From Dudresnaya verticillata (Eukaryota), in contig OZ374558.1 in assembly GCA_977862235.1 (NCBI GenBank), forward strand, positions 1,736,001-1,800,000: a stretch of DNA of 64,000 bases, in the 5' to 3' direction. A program made the position numbers and the translations under genes. Positions 13,171 to 24,856 of this stretch are shown in pieces; position 1 is the stretch's first letter, and every line of letters starts with the position of its first letter. Under the pieces are notes generated by a model that worked only from the letters and a program-made list of their open reading frames with translations, was not told the DNA's origin and ran no database searches.

Positions 13171-15860
13171 TGCATAAAGGAGATGAGCACGCTCTGTTGA
13201 CCACTGTTCTTCTACAATACGTAGCTGTGGTGGTCAATATCCGCAAGGTCCTTGACTGCGGTGCACGTTATGGCAGAAATTAAGCTCCCAAAGGGACTCC
13301 AGCTTTCTTCTTTGAATAAAGTGTACTACTATTAGTGCTTATCGCACGATCCAAGAGCACGTGCTCTTTTTGCCGCTGTCTGAAAAGCTCGCAGAATTGA
13401 GAAAGTATGGGTGTAGATGGGGAGGCAGAGGGCCACGCAGCGAGAAGGTGGTTGAGCCAGGGGCGTAGATACCGAGGAGACGTTAATTTCACCAGAGCAC
13501 GGGCAGGGATTCAGGCGCTCCGCCAATTGGGAAGGCTGCGACCGGCGAAGAGAGGCCACGACGCTACTGTGTAGATCACGGCGGTGGTGAGTGCTCGCGC
13601 GACTCGGACGAGAACATGAAGTTGACGAAGGCGGCTTGGCGGTACTGCGACTTGTGGGCTGAGGAGGGATCACGGCCGGGACGGAGGTGGCAGGTGCGAT
13701 TACCGCTCAGCGTCGCTCTGCGCTCTGTACGAAATATCTGGGATCAAATCGGGCACGGCCAATCGGCGATGAGAATGAGGCCTGCTGGCCCCCGCCTTCC
13801 CCCGCGATGAGAGAGAGAGGAGACCTTTATTTTAAAGAACAACTTTTATTTAATGCGATGAGCCGACTCCTCCAGCATATACCCCGATCGGTAACCCCAC
13901 TCCACCCCGAACCGCAGCAATCCCCTATGACCTGAGAATCCCCCTGAACCACCACCAGACTTGCACCCGGCTTGCACCCGGCTTCTCCAGAACTGCCGGG
14001 CGTCCCGGTGAGCTCGTCGCCTCTTACACGCAACCGCTCACGCGCACTCCTGTCAAGCCGATCCCTTCCACATCTCCGAAATATCCCCCCATGCATCGCA
14101 CTACGCGTCTGAGCACCATGGATCCCAGAGTTCTGCCCGTTTGCGTGCTGTGTCGGTTCCGCACTCTCGCAGAGAGTCTGTAACGCTGCAGCGCCATCCT
14201 TCCCTACCGATAGCCCATGTGCCGGCCCTGTCAAAGCAACTGTGAAAGCACTCCCGCAATGCCGTGTCGCATACACCGCCGGCGCAATGGCACAACTGCT
14301 CTTCACGTGCTGTTATTTGTGTGTGTTGCTTCAGTATACGGTCTGCGCTTTGTACTTTCTGCATTGTGGCCACCTGCTTCAATATTGCACCATGCTCCAG
14401 CTGATATTAGCTGAGCTGGAACCGCCTGTAGTGCCCGTTCTGGTTTGATACCATCCAGTATGTGTATTGTGTTGTTTTCGCGCCATCCTGATATACGCAT
14501 GCTCGGGCCTGCGAGGCAGCGTAGACGCGACTTGTGGAAAAGCCTCCCACGCAACGACGGTGACTCCATGGCTGTCGCGGTTCTCGCCCCGCGGGTGCTG
14601 CCCACGCGCGCCGATTCCGCCTCCCACTTGACGTATCTTAATCGCGCGAGCTGGGGTCGGTTCGGGTGGCTAGAGCGTCTCTTCGACAGTCTGAGGAGTG
14701 GAGCACCTCAAGTTTGTCTTGTTTTCCATCATGCACTCTAAAACGTCACGTCGAGAAATAGGATTCCCGCAGTGCATGGCTACGGAGGAAAATTGAGGCG
14801 TGCAGCGGTGATATATTCACTGGACCAGGGCATATTACGAGTAATCGCAAGTCTGCAGCGAAAAAGTGACTCGCGATACTTGCCGAACAGCTCGAAATTA
14901 GCCAACAATATCATACGAAAGATAAGCATGGTTGGAAATTGGGACGTCTACTCTGTATCGATCGCAAATTGTAACACCAGGAAGTCGGCCATGTTGGAAC
15001 CGCTGAAACAGGTTCGCAATAGGGAATGACGTTGAATGGTTGTTAGTACGGCTTGAACGGGTCATCCATGAAGAAGCAGAGAAGAGAAGATGCTGAGACC
15101 CGTGAAAGAGAGTACTTGTTCACGAACCTTGCCCCTAGAGTAGACCTTGTGTTTGAGTCGTGGACTTCTGGCTCGTAAGACAAGCCTAGCGGAAGTTACG
15201 AAGGCCTTCACTCAATACCGAAACAGGGAACAAAGTTGCTGCCGGCGACCGTCGGTAGTGGGGTGCGAACCACACTGGAAGCGATGTCCGAGTCTGCCGG
15301 CAAAGGGGAAACCCTTGCGCTGCGTTCGAGCGGTCCTATCAGCGCTCTCAAGTGTCACATTTCCAAAACCGCTCTGGCGCGATTCGACAAAAGAAAAGCT
15401 TTGCACTGGAAACCTGTAAGCTGACATGCTTACAGCACTCGGGTTCAATGTCTCATGCTTCGGATGCTCGTGGCCTCTCTGCATGACTGCAAGGACCTTT
15501 CACTTTCCATCCACGTCCAGGTGAACAGCCCCCCGACGGATCTCTCTTTCGACGTCTTCCCTCTTCTTCTCTTCCCGCGGAACTGACGGCCCCTATCTAC
15601 CCTCGCGCCGTATCTTCCAGCATCTCTCGCTTGTCGCGCCACGTCAATTCGCCACGGTATCTCTGTCAAGCACCAAGCCTTCCGTATTGGGTGTTTGTCT
15701 CCTTGTTTCCCAGAAATAACCCCCCATGTGCTGTCCGTATTACTGCTGCAAGTCAAACTTGCATCTTGCTCCCTCTTAACCGTACGTGAAGCGCTGATTC
15801 CATTTCTGCCACTGCACACGAAGTCAAGGTACTGAGAAATGAAGAAACCTTGCGTTTCAG
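13171..15860 (-). repeat. Dispersed repeat family A, copy 2 (right arm), with ~180 bp extra near 15625-15800
   Basis: Inverted match to 1990-4514, roughly 90% identical by eye. Confidence 0.9.
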
Positions 15861-18058
15861 CTCCGTCTTGTCCGAAGGCAACAGCGCTTTTGTCAGCACC
15901 CGCTTCGGCTTTCATGGATTTGAGCTTTAATGTCCGTACGTTCAACGTTCCACGTCACGGCATCTGCGAACGAACCGCGTTCTGTTTGACTAAACTAGCC
16001 ATACGTCTAACGATTTGACGTCACCCGCTGGAGCCCGCTATCTTGTCTCAACAATGTGTAGTTGGGGCGTTGTGGTGCAATATGATCTCCACAGCAAGTT
16101 TCCAGTTCCTGATGGTGGTACACGGCATCATGTCCAATGTTAAAAGCTTCCTCTTCCGGTCGCTATGTCTATGCATTAACATTTTAGAACGTACTCGGTT
16201 CTGCAATTTCCTCATTGCTACTCCAGAGCCTCTTCCGAGCCAGGACATTCCAACGTGCACTATACGATCTTTCGTTATTTATGTTTCGCGGCTCAAATCT
16301 GATACTCACATTCTTACTTGTGCAGTTCTATTGGTGCGACGCGATGCCATTGCTAAGACATGTTCTTCCCACACGGCACTGACGTTGTCTCTTATTCAAT
16401 CTGACGTACCAAAGCCACAACAACTATTGATCTTGCTTGCCGTCACGCTGCAGACACGCGAATGAAATTGCTAATGCCCTTTGTACTCTCTTGGGCAACT
16501 TGTTCAAGAGGCATCACATCACCGCAAGCCATCGTTGAACCACAGATTTCTTGGTTCCGCTAACTGGCTCTCAAACGCTGTTATTTTGAAGGATACCATC
16601 CTTTCGTAAAGTGACGTTTACCCTACCAAGATTGGCCATCTGAGACACCATCTACCTTTGTCCGCCAAACGCAAAGCAATGGATAAGTATTGCACCATCT
16701 TTCTAGCTTTCCGAATTCTTGGTCGGCCTTGTTTTTTGTTCTCTGCAGTTGTTTGTACTGAGGATAAGACGCTATCGCCTTCAATCTCATTCCTATTGTG
16801 TTGGATTTGTTAGTGTTTCACTCATTTGTTTTCATGATGTGACCTCCGTTATCCTTGTCAAGGTCGCAAACGTTCTTCTTCTTCAAGGCTTTTCTATCTT
16901 ACCATTCCCTTCTAGATATCTATTGACCATCTGCCTGACTGTGCTGCGATTATGCGAGTCATGAAACGTTTTAGATTCCTTTCCTGTTGCGAAGAACGAG
17001 CGGAAGCAAGAAGCTGTTGCTGGCTCGAATCCAGCCCAAATTGTCGGCACATGGTTGTATTTCAATCGCTGGAAAAGGTTGCAAGGGATGTTATGTTTCT
17101 GCTTTACTACAAGATTGAGGTGATCCTACGCGAGATACTGCGGTCCATCATCAGGAAATCTGTGCTAGGGGCCACGGGCCAGGAGTGATTGAGAGGGCTC
17201 TGGGAGGGATACTGAGCGACAAAGAGCATGCGAATGGCGGCAATTGCTTGCCAGACCCAAGTTAGGACTGAGGGGATGGGGCGACCTTGGTCAGTTTGTT
17301 CATTGTGACCGCATCGAGGCGAAGAACCTGACTAACAAGACGGCATCGTGGGGAATCGAGGACCTGTAGTGGTTCCATCTAATGACCAGAACCTCTGTCT
17401 TGATAATCCGGGAGGAGAAGGGCCGGTGCGCAGCGTGGGGCTAAGGAAAACTGAGCACGATGGCCTCCATTAAGGGTGGACGTCCATTCTTGTGTGCGGT
17501 AGAAGATCAGCAGGGATGGGGCGAGCAGATTCCGCATTACAAGTTTTAGAGAAAAGGAGGGGACATGCGGCAGGGTTAACAGCATTCGGCGGGCCTGCCA
17601 AGCGACCCAATTTGAAGCAGAGCCTAAGCAGAGCTTGACAGTCTGCGTGGGGATGAGCTTGGAACTGGTGTGTCGTAAAATGCGCTGGCGTACTAGCGGG
17701 GGCTTCAAGCGGAAAAGGGCACGAATTTGCAGTCGGCTAGGTGCCATGTACAGAGTCTTTTACGCAATCAATGGATGTGGAACGGTAGATGCTCTATGGA
17801 TACCGTGAAAGTCTAAATCTATGCTTCACATTCCCTTCCGCCGTACTGAATTATCGCAACACATTGCAGATGAACTGTGAAAAGCTACCTTATGCACTCA
17901 TTGTTATGGAGCCCAGCGAATATGTTACTCGTTTGCAACAATTAGATGCAGAATCTCTCTCTGTCAATATTAACAATCAGAACATATTTACACATAGCCA
18001 ATGCGAATGATTGCGTTAAGATTATCGTAGAATCTCCGTCGGTACTTTGGGAATGTTC

Positions 18059-18829
18059 TCACAACGGTAACTCGGCTGCCAACTGGGTCGCAGTTGTTAC
18101 TGCGATCCCATATCTGCAGTTGATGGTGGGTTCCGGCAACCTCTGAAATGCTGCTTGGAAGATAGCAACGGCTCTAGTGGCAAACGTATGGGCCGAACCG
18201 AGTAGAGTGTTTAGATCCTCCTGGCATGAGTCACTCATTATTTCGAGTTCCTCACTTCGAATGTCACTAATATTTCCTCCATCTCTCTCGAGAGCATTGA
18301 TCTTCTCACGCACTTGCTTCCTCTTCTTAGCAAGAGTGTTAACAAAGCCTGCTAAAAAGAGCAGACATTCAGCATATCCACAAGTCCCTACGCGGTCTCT
18401 TGGCACAGCGGAAATGAGATCCGTCAGTTTTGACGTAGTTTTGAAAAGTATCGCAATGTCTCCAGTTTCATGCACGGACGGATGGGCAAGCAAGAACTCG
18501 CAGACGATCATCTGAAACCTCTCTCCCAGTTCGACCCCAAGTGTGAGGTCAACAGCATTGAAAATGCATCGGGCCTTCTCTTTCAAATCAGGGGCTGCCG
18601 GATTCTTCGCTCTCGCAGCCTCATTCGCATGATTGAGAATAACATTGATGCAGGCTGAAAGAGGCTTCTTCATATGGTAGAACGCATCGTTACTCGGGGC
18701 GGAGAGAACATTTAGGAAAGGCGAGCCCAACGTTGTACCTTGAGCTGGGACAACACGGAGGCTTGCCCAATTCGAATTCAAGTTCCTACCTCCCATGTCT
18801 TGCGGGACGTTTTCACCCGGAGGCTGCAT
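18059..18829 (-). CDS. Hypothetical, probably all-helical protein (~256 aa); weak resemblance to 14-3-3 helices
   Basis: Longest open frame outside the recognisable elements, with protein-like composition. The segment AFQRLPEPTINCRYGIAV loosely recalls 14-3-3 L-x-PTHPIRLGLAL. Confidence 0.4.
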   Translation of the reverse strand: MQPPGENVPQDMGGRNLNSNWASLRVVPAQGTTLGSPFLNVLSAPSNDAFYHMKKPLSACINVILNHANEAARAKNPAAPDLKEKARCIFNAVDLTLGVELGERFQMIVCEFLLAHPSVHETGDIAILFKTTSKLTDLISAVPRDRVGTCGYAECLLFLAGFVNTLAKKRKQVREKINALERDGGNISDIRSEELEIMSDSCQEDLNTLLGSAHTFATRAVAIFQAAFQRLPEPTINCRYGIAVTTATQLAAELPL

Positions 18830-19119
18830 TCTCAGCGTGCCCACTCCTACTTGTAATAGGGCGAGTAGTCTTTTGACGTTGAAAACGGTGGGAGCAGAGG
18901 AGACCTGTCCGCAAGAACCTTGAGGCTCAAAAACGTCTTGTTGGGTGCAAGGGTTTGCGGCGTGCGCACGGAATGGCCGCGGTGATTATCCAGTTATCCC
19001 TTGATCTGTATGTGATTTGGCGGTTCTGAAAAGCTCAAGCATCCAGCGCATCAGAGCAGTCCGAAGCGGTTCTGCAATGGCGGAGACAGAAGGGGAACCC
19101 TCACAATCGCCGATGCTTC

Positions 19120-19319
19120 CGCTGTAATCGATTTCCTCTCACGCTGCATTACAGTATAACGGCTACCGCAATTTCTGGATGGGACACGTGTCTTACTGGC
19201 ATGGACAGCCAATCATCGCTGCAATCGATTTCCTCTCACGCTGCACTACAGAATAACGGTTACCGCATTTTCTAGATGGGACACTTGTCTTACTGGTATG
19301 GACAGCCAATCATCGCTGC
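19120..19319 (+). repeat. Two-copy tandem duplication, 97-bp period
   Basis: AATCGATTTCCTCTCACGCTGCA at 19126 and 19223, both copies ending GACAGCCAATCATCGCTGC. Confidence 0.9.
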
Positions 19320-20340
19320 TGTCCGGCTCAATGTGTTCCGTCTCAGCTGAGAAGAGCCATATGGCACAAAGATTGTTGCACAGAGCCAACAGCTCAACGC
19401 CCTACAACACAAAACAAATGGGGCCGCGTGAATCTTAATTGACAAGTTAGGCATACATAACCAGCTGTATTGTGGGAGAATCCCACGCATTCGCATGGCA
19501 TGGGATCAATTGCCGTACTGAATGAGCTCGTCAATTGGTTTATACCTCGATGCTTCATCCCGCAAGGACTGGAGAGAGATTAATTCAAAAAGCAGTGATT
19601 CAGAGTGGCCTAAAATAATGAGAATGAGACATGGGTGCGAGCCGAGTTCCTCGATTGATTCCAGGAGGCACACTCATTGAAAAGACGATAGGAGGTTCCA
19701 ATGTTTGATAACATAGCCGGACTCATCTCTTCAGTGTCACGGCATCTCTTCAGTATCACGGCATCCGTGATGAGAATAGGATATGCTAAAAAGAGGTTTC
19801 GGTGCGTAAGCTTTGGAAATTGTAGCATATTTAATCCATTGTAAGTTATTCTCGGCTCCGAGGCCCGCAACACGTTCGCACGGCTCCGTGTTCATTGATG
19901 GCGCGGTGCAACTTCTAACATACCTGAGGCGACCGTTCGCGAGGCTTTGAAGCCGTCATGGATTATGCGGTTCCGAAACGTCTCCTGCGTTGACGCGCAC
20001 TTCGGACCCGAGTAGGTAATATTTATTCGATATCATAAAGGCCTTCGAGGGCTCTGTGAAACCAACCGATGCTAGGACCTCGGCGCCTATTTCTCGGTAA
20101 AGACTGTTTTCCTCTGTATTTCGGGTTCTTCGTGTGCGTGTCCGCGGATACTGTCAATTATCGTATCTTCCACCTGGATCACACGTAATGATCGCAAGTG
20201 TTCATTTCCAGAATACCTATTCGTTAGCATGGTAATCTGATCGCGTCGATCTGCGGTACACGAGGTGACCGTACTCTCGCCTAGGAGCACTGATATAGCC
20301 TCTATCACGGGTCTGTGTCGCCAACAGCGGTTTGACTCTC

Positions 20341-21120
20341 GCATTCCCAAAGTCAGTAGCGACTGTGTTCACATATGGTTGTCACTTAACGTGTCATGGC
20401 AGCAACGGATTTGCGCACTGTTCGTACGCATCGGGGGCGTCGGTAGCCAGATGGGGCTGCGATAGCGCTTGCTGAGCAGAGCAGTGGTAAAGCGGCGCGC
20501 AGCGGTACTATGCTTTCTCTGCTTTCTCTGCTTTGGTGGTAGTGTGATTGCGGCGCGACTGACTGGCGACGCCTGGCGCAGTGCGTGGCGACTAAAGTGG
20601 TGGCATTTCCGTTGCAACATGGCGCAGCGACAATCAGCGTCATGTATGCATGAACATATTCGCGTTGCACGCGTTGTTGTGAGCAAAGCTGCTCGTGTTA
20701 GGTCGCCAACAGCAATAGAACATGGAAACGTAACACGGGACGGCTCTACTTCCGCTTATCTGCGTTGAACAATTGTACACAATGGTAAACACGGCCTTCG
20801 CAGTTCTACGGAGCGTGCAATTAGAGCTGTACGCATTGATCGTGGTGCGAAAAGCGATGACAGCTCTGTTTGTGCAGGTCCTTTTACAGTTGCTCGATGC
20901 AACCAGACAGCGGACGTAGAAATGTAATCGGACATGGCGATTAACGCTGCTCCGGCAGCTGATGACGTCGTCAGCTGCGTCACCAGCTTTGCCATCAGCT
21001 GCGCCGTCAGCTGCGCCGTCAGCTGTTCCATAAGCTGCCGTCAGCTGCGCCATCAGCTGCGCTGTCAACTGCGAAGTCAACAGTTGTAACACGCTTTAAA
21101 GCCTGCCGCACCCTGTGCAA
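20341..21120 (+). repeat. Dispersed repeat family E, longest copy
   Basis: Inverted match to 30200-30934 and 38807-39250, with CAGCTG 12-mer array at ~20955-21070. Confidence 0.85.
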
Positions 21121-21349
21121 GTGCTAGATCCTAGGTGGTTGAGCGGACGTGTTCATCGTGGGGGATGGTGGGATACACAGTCGCTTGAAGTCGATCGGCT
21201 GGAGTACGCTCAAGTACACACAGAACGGCTGGAAATCGACGGGCCTAGACACCGGGCCGTTTGGGTGCCAGGACGCACGCCATTTCGTCTTTTCGAGGCT
21301 TTTCCCACGCCATTGAAGCACCCTCGACCGGTATAGCTGCCTTCTGTCC

Positions 21350-22375
21350 CCCGCCTTCCCCCAAGATGAGCCGACCTCCTCCAGCTTATACCCCGATCTG
21401 CACGATCTGCAACCCCACCCCACCCCGAACTGAAGCAATCCCGTATGACCTGAGGACCCTCTTGCACCGCCGGACTTGCATCTGGATTGCATCCGGCTTC
21501 TCCAGAACTGTCGGGCATCCCGGCGAGCTCGTCGCCTCTTGTACGCAACCGCTCGCGCGCACTCCTGCCACGCCGATCCTTTCCGCGTCTTCGAAATACC
21601 CTCAGCGCTTCGCACTACGCGTCTGAGCACCATGTATCCCAGAGTTGTGTCCCTTTGCGTGCTGTGCCGGTTCCGCACTCTCGCAGAGAACCCGTACCGC
21701 TGCAGCGCCACCCTTCCGTTGGTCCATGTGCCGGCTCTGTCAAAGCAGTTGTGAAAGCACCGCCGCTCTGCCGTGTCTCGCTGACACCATCGCCACACTG
21801 GCACAACTGCTCTTCACGTGCTGTTACTTGATTGTGTTGCTCCAACATACGGTCTGTGTGGCCTGTGTTTTCTGCATTATGGCCATCTGCTTCAACATTG
21901 CACCATGCTCCACTTGGTCTCAGCTGAACTGCCTGTAGTGCCTGTTCTGTCTTGATACTGCCCACCATGTGCGCATCGCTTGCATCCTGATTTATGCATG
22001 CTCGAGTCTGTGAGGCAGCGTAGACGCGACTTGTCGAAAAGCCTCCCGCACAACGACGGTGACTCCATGGCTGCCGCGGTTGTCGCCTCCCTGCTATTCC
22101 CCACGCGCGCGGATTCCGCCTCCCGGTTGACGCTTGATCACACGCTCGATTCAAGGGCACGTGCTCTTTTTGTCGCTGTCTGAAAAGCTCACAGAATTGA
22201 GGTAGTACGGATGTAGATGGGGAGGTAGAGGGCCACGAAGCGAGAAGGCGGGATCACGGCCGGGATGGAGGTGATTGGAGCGATTGCCGCTCGGCGTCGC
22301 TCCGCGCTCTGTACAAAATATCTGGGATCAAATCGCGCACGGCCAATCGGCGATGAGAATGAGGCGACTGGGCGA
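21350..22375 (-). repeat. Family A, third more diverged and permuted copy
   Basis: 21365-22130 matches 13857-14630. 22145-22375 then matches 13345-13780 with an internal deletion, so block order is swapped relative to copy 2. Confidence 0.8.
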
Positions 22376-22405
22376 ATCAGGTACGACTGCGTTAAAAATA
22401 ATACT

Positions 22406-22882
22406 GTTGATCCACGTGACCAACTGCGTATGGATATTTTCGTTGATGATCGTGGCTTTGCCCCTCACCCCCATGGATTTGATGTCTCGGTCGTCAGTCC
22501 CCATTCTATTCATGGTTCCACTGGTCGCGTTGCTGGCCAAGCCATTGCAGCTCGCGAACGTGTCAAACGCTCTCATTACCGCCGCGTGTGCGCTAGTTTG
22601 GATATGGTTATCCATCCTATGGTTGTAGATGTCTATGGCCGTGTTGGATCTGGCTTTGAAGTTGGCGCCCAACGTATTGCTAATTTCATTGCCAGCAAGC
22701 GCGGGACCTCTCCGTCTACGGAGAAACTTCGCCTCACTACTCGTTTACTCTCTTTAGTTCTCCAATGCGTGGCGGTGAGTGTCAACCGCCGCAAGCTTGC
22801 TCCTCCGCCTCTTTATGGTAGCTCTGAATCCTAAGCCCCCTTAAGGGGCTTCTCTCTTGTTGTTTAATAAAGGTCTCTCTCT
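22406..22882 (+). mobile_element. 5'-truncated RLE (CRE-like) non-LTR retrotransposon, copy 1: endonuclease C-terminus plus 3' UTR
   Basis: Translation RMDIF...FDVSVV...AARERVKRSHY...HPMVVDVYG fits the R-x-D...D-V...K...Y...P-x-x-x-(E/D)-x-x-G pattern of restriction-like endonuclease domains. The 3' UTR has a hairpin AAGCCCC(C)TTAAGGGGCTT and the tail AATAAAGG(TC)n. Confidence 0.8.
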
Positions 22883-22981
22883 CTCTGTACAAAATATCTG
22901 GGATCAAATCGCGCACGGCCAATCGGCGATGAGAATGAGGCGACTGGGCGAATCAGGTACGACTGCGTTAAAAATAATACT

Positions 22982-23458
22982 GTTGATCCACGTGACCAAC
23001 TGCGTATGGATATTTTCGTTGATGATCGTGGCTTTGCCCCTCACCCCCATGGATTTGATGTCTCGGTCGTCAGTCCCCATTCTATTCATGGTTCCACTGG
23101 TCGCGTTGCTGGCCAAGCCATTGCAGCTCGCGAACGTGTCAAACGCTCTCATTACCGCCGCGTGTGCGCTAGTTTGGATATGGTTATCCATCCTATGGTT
23201 GTAGATGTCTATGGCCGTGTTGGATCTGGCTTTGAAGTTGGCGCCCAACGTATTGCTAATTTCATTGCCAGCAAGCGCGGGACCTCTCCGTCTACGGAGA
23301 AACTTCGCCTCACTACTCGTTTACTCTCTTTAGTTCTCCAATGCGTGGCGGTGAGTGTCAACCGCCGCAAGCTTGCTCCTCCGCCTCTTTATGGTAGCTC
23401 TGAATCCTAAGCCCCCTTAAGGGGCTTCTCTCTTGTTGTTTAATAAAGGTCTCTCTCT
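22982..23458 (+). mobile_element. RLE (CRE-like) 3' fragment, copy 2, apparently identical to copy 1
   Basis: 576-bp period. A 99-bp flank sequence is present three times (22307-22405, 22883-22981, 23459-23557). Confidence 0.8.
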
Positions 23459-24262
23459 CTCTGTACAAAATATCTGGGATCAAATCGCGCACGGCCAATC
23501 GGCGATGAGAATGAGGCGACTGGGCGAATCAGGTACGACTGCGTTAAAAATAATACTAAAAATGGAAGGAGTCGGCAATTCGACATGGCTTCCTTTTTAC
23601 AATCGTTGGATATGGCTACGCTACTTGCAAATATCGTAGGCAATAGAATAGGAGGACGGCACAAAAAATGCGCTGAGTGTGCGACAGCGCTGAAACAAAG
23701 AGGTTGTTGCATTAAAATGCCGTAATAAACATACGACGTGGAGGCGTTCTGCAACTGCGCGAATAAATCCATGTCGTAGAAAACATGGCCGAGATGTCCG
23801 CCATGGGAAACGTGTTGCTGTAAAGAAAGTGTTTGTCATCCTTCATTCTAGAACAACGGCTACAGCAACCCTTGTCGTTTGGGTGAGACATTAGTTGACA
23901 AAAAAGGCCTTCTCTTTTATGGACACAATTAAGAAAGGGTTACACTCCGGAATTTACGTTGAAGAACAACTGCTCGTGTTCACGTCTAACTATCTGCCGA
24001 CTTCATTTTATCGATAATGTGCTAAATGCTGTCTACCCAGGTCGAGCACATCGTACATATTCTGTGAGTATACTGCTGGATGCTTGTGTGTGACGTGGCA
24101 AACGCGTTCCAAGAACGAGTAATCTTTTCGTGACTTCTGTGATGCCTGCAATGATGGTGCCATGCTCCCAATAAAGTTTATTGCCACTGTAGGTGTGATG
24201 CCCAAGTTCTGTTACAAATGGAAAGGATTTCCGTCTAATCGACAGGTGAACCACTCAAACCA

Positions 24263-24856
24263 ATGACCGAACCCAATCCCCCTACACCCTCACTTTCTAT
24301 TTCCGCTGCCCAACCTTCGGATTATGCTTCGCTTGTTAATCACCAGCTGGCTGCTGGTATGGTGGGGCGTCGAGCTCTGTGGCCTCGGTCTAGCCTCGTG
24401 CTTCCCAATCAAGTCGGTTATTTTAAGCCTGAGACTACACTCTACCTCGAGACGCATCGAAAGGACCGCCGTAATGCAAAATAGCTCGAATATGTTCATG
24501 CAGCAGGCTGCTGGGTTGAGCAGTCCCTCGCGGCATTCTCGCTGCTTACTGGCGAACCAGTTGTCGACAAGCAGTCCCGCTTTCTTGGTATCGTCGAAGA
24601 AGGCCTCAATGGAGCTCAAGAAGTCCTCGCCATGCGCACCGCTCACTTTCAGACTGTACTGTCTAAAGTGCAAAGTCAAGCCAACCACATTGCCGAACTT
24701 GTTGAGACACGAGTTGAGGCCAAGCGACACCAGGTTCCATCAGAGGCCTATTCAGATGTCTACCAAGAACTGTCGGCTAAATATGTCATCGAGACCGCTA
24801 AGAGTCTGGCAAAAGACGCTACCAGCGGTAGCGGGAAGCCAGACTATAAGGGATAA
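24263..24856 (+). pseudogene. DIRS ORF1 (gag-like), one in-frame stop at 24482-24484
   Basis: ORFs 24263..24484 and 24632..24856 share a frame. The C-terminus SAKYVIETAK is conserved in the second copy, and the stop overlaps the pol ATG (TAATG, 24854-24858). Confidence 0.65.

Noticed and set aside
15860..18050. Genes in the short ORFs of this interval
   Set aside because: All are at most 140 aa, overlap on both strands, and show no motifs I can support
22265..22834. 189-aa ORF as a standalone nuclease gene
   Set aside because: The N-terminal ~47 codons come from target-site sequence and the rest is a truncated retroelement end
22307..23557. CRISPR-like repeat-spacer array
   Set aside because: The repeats are 99 bp, the intervening segments are identical coding fragments, and there are no cas genes in a eukaryotic TE context
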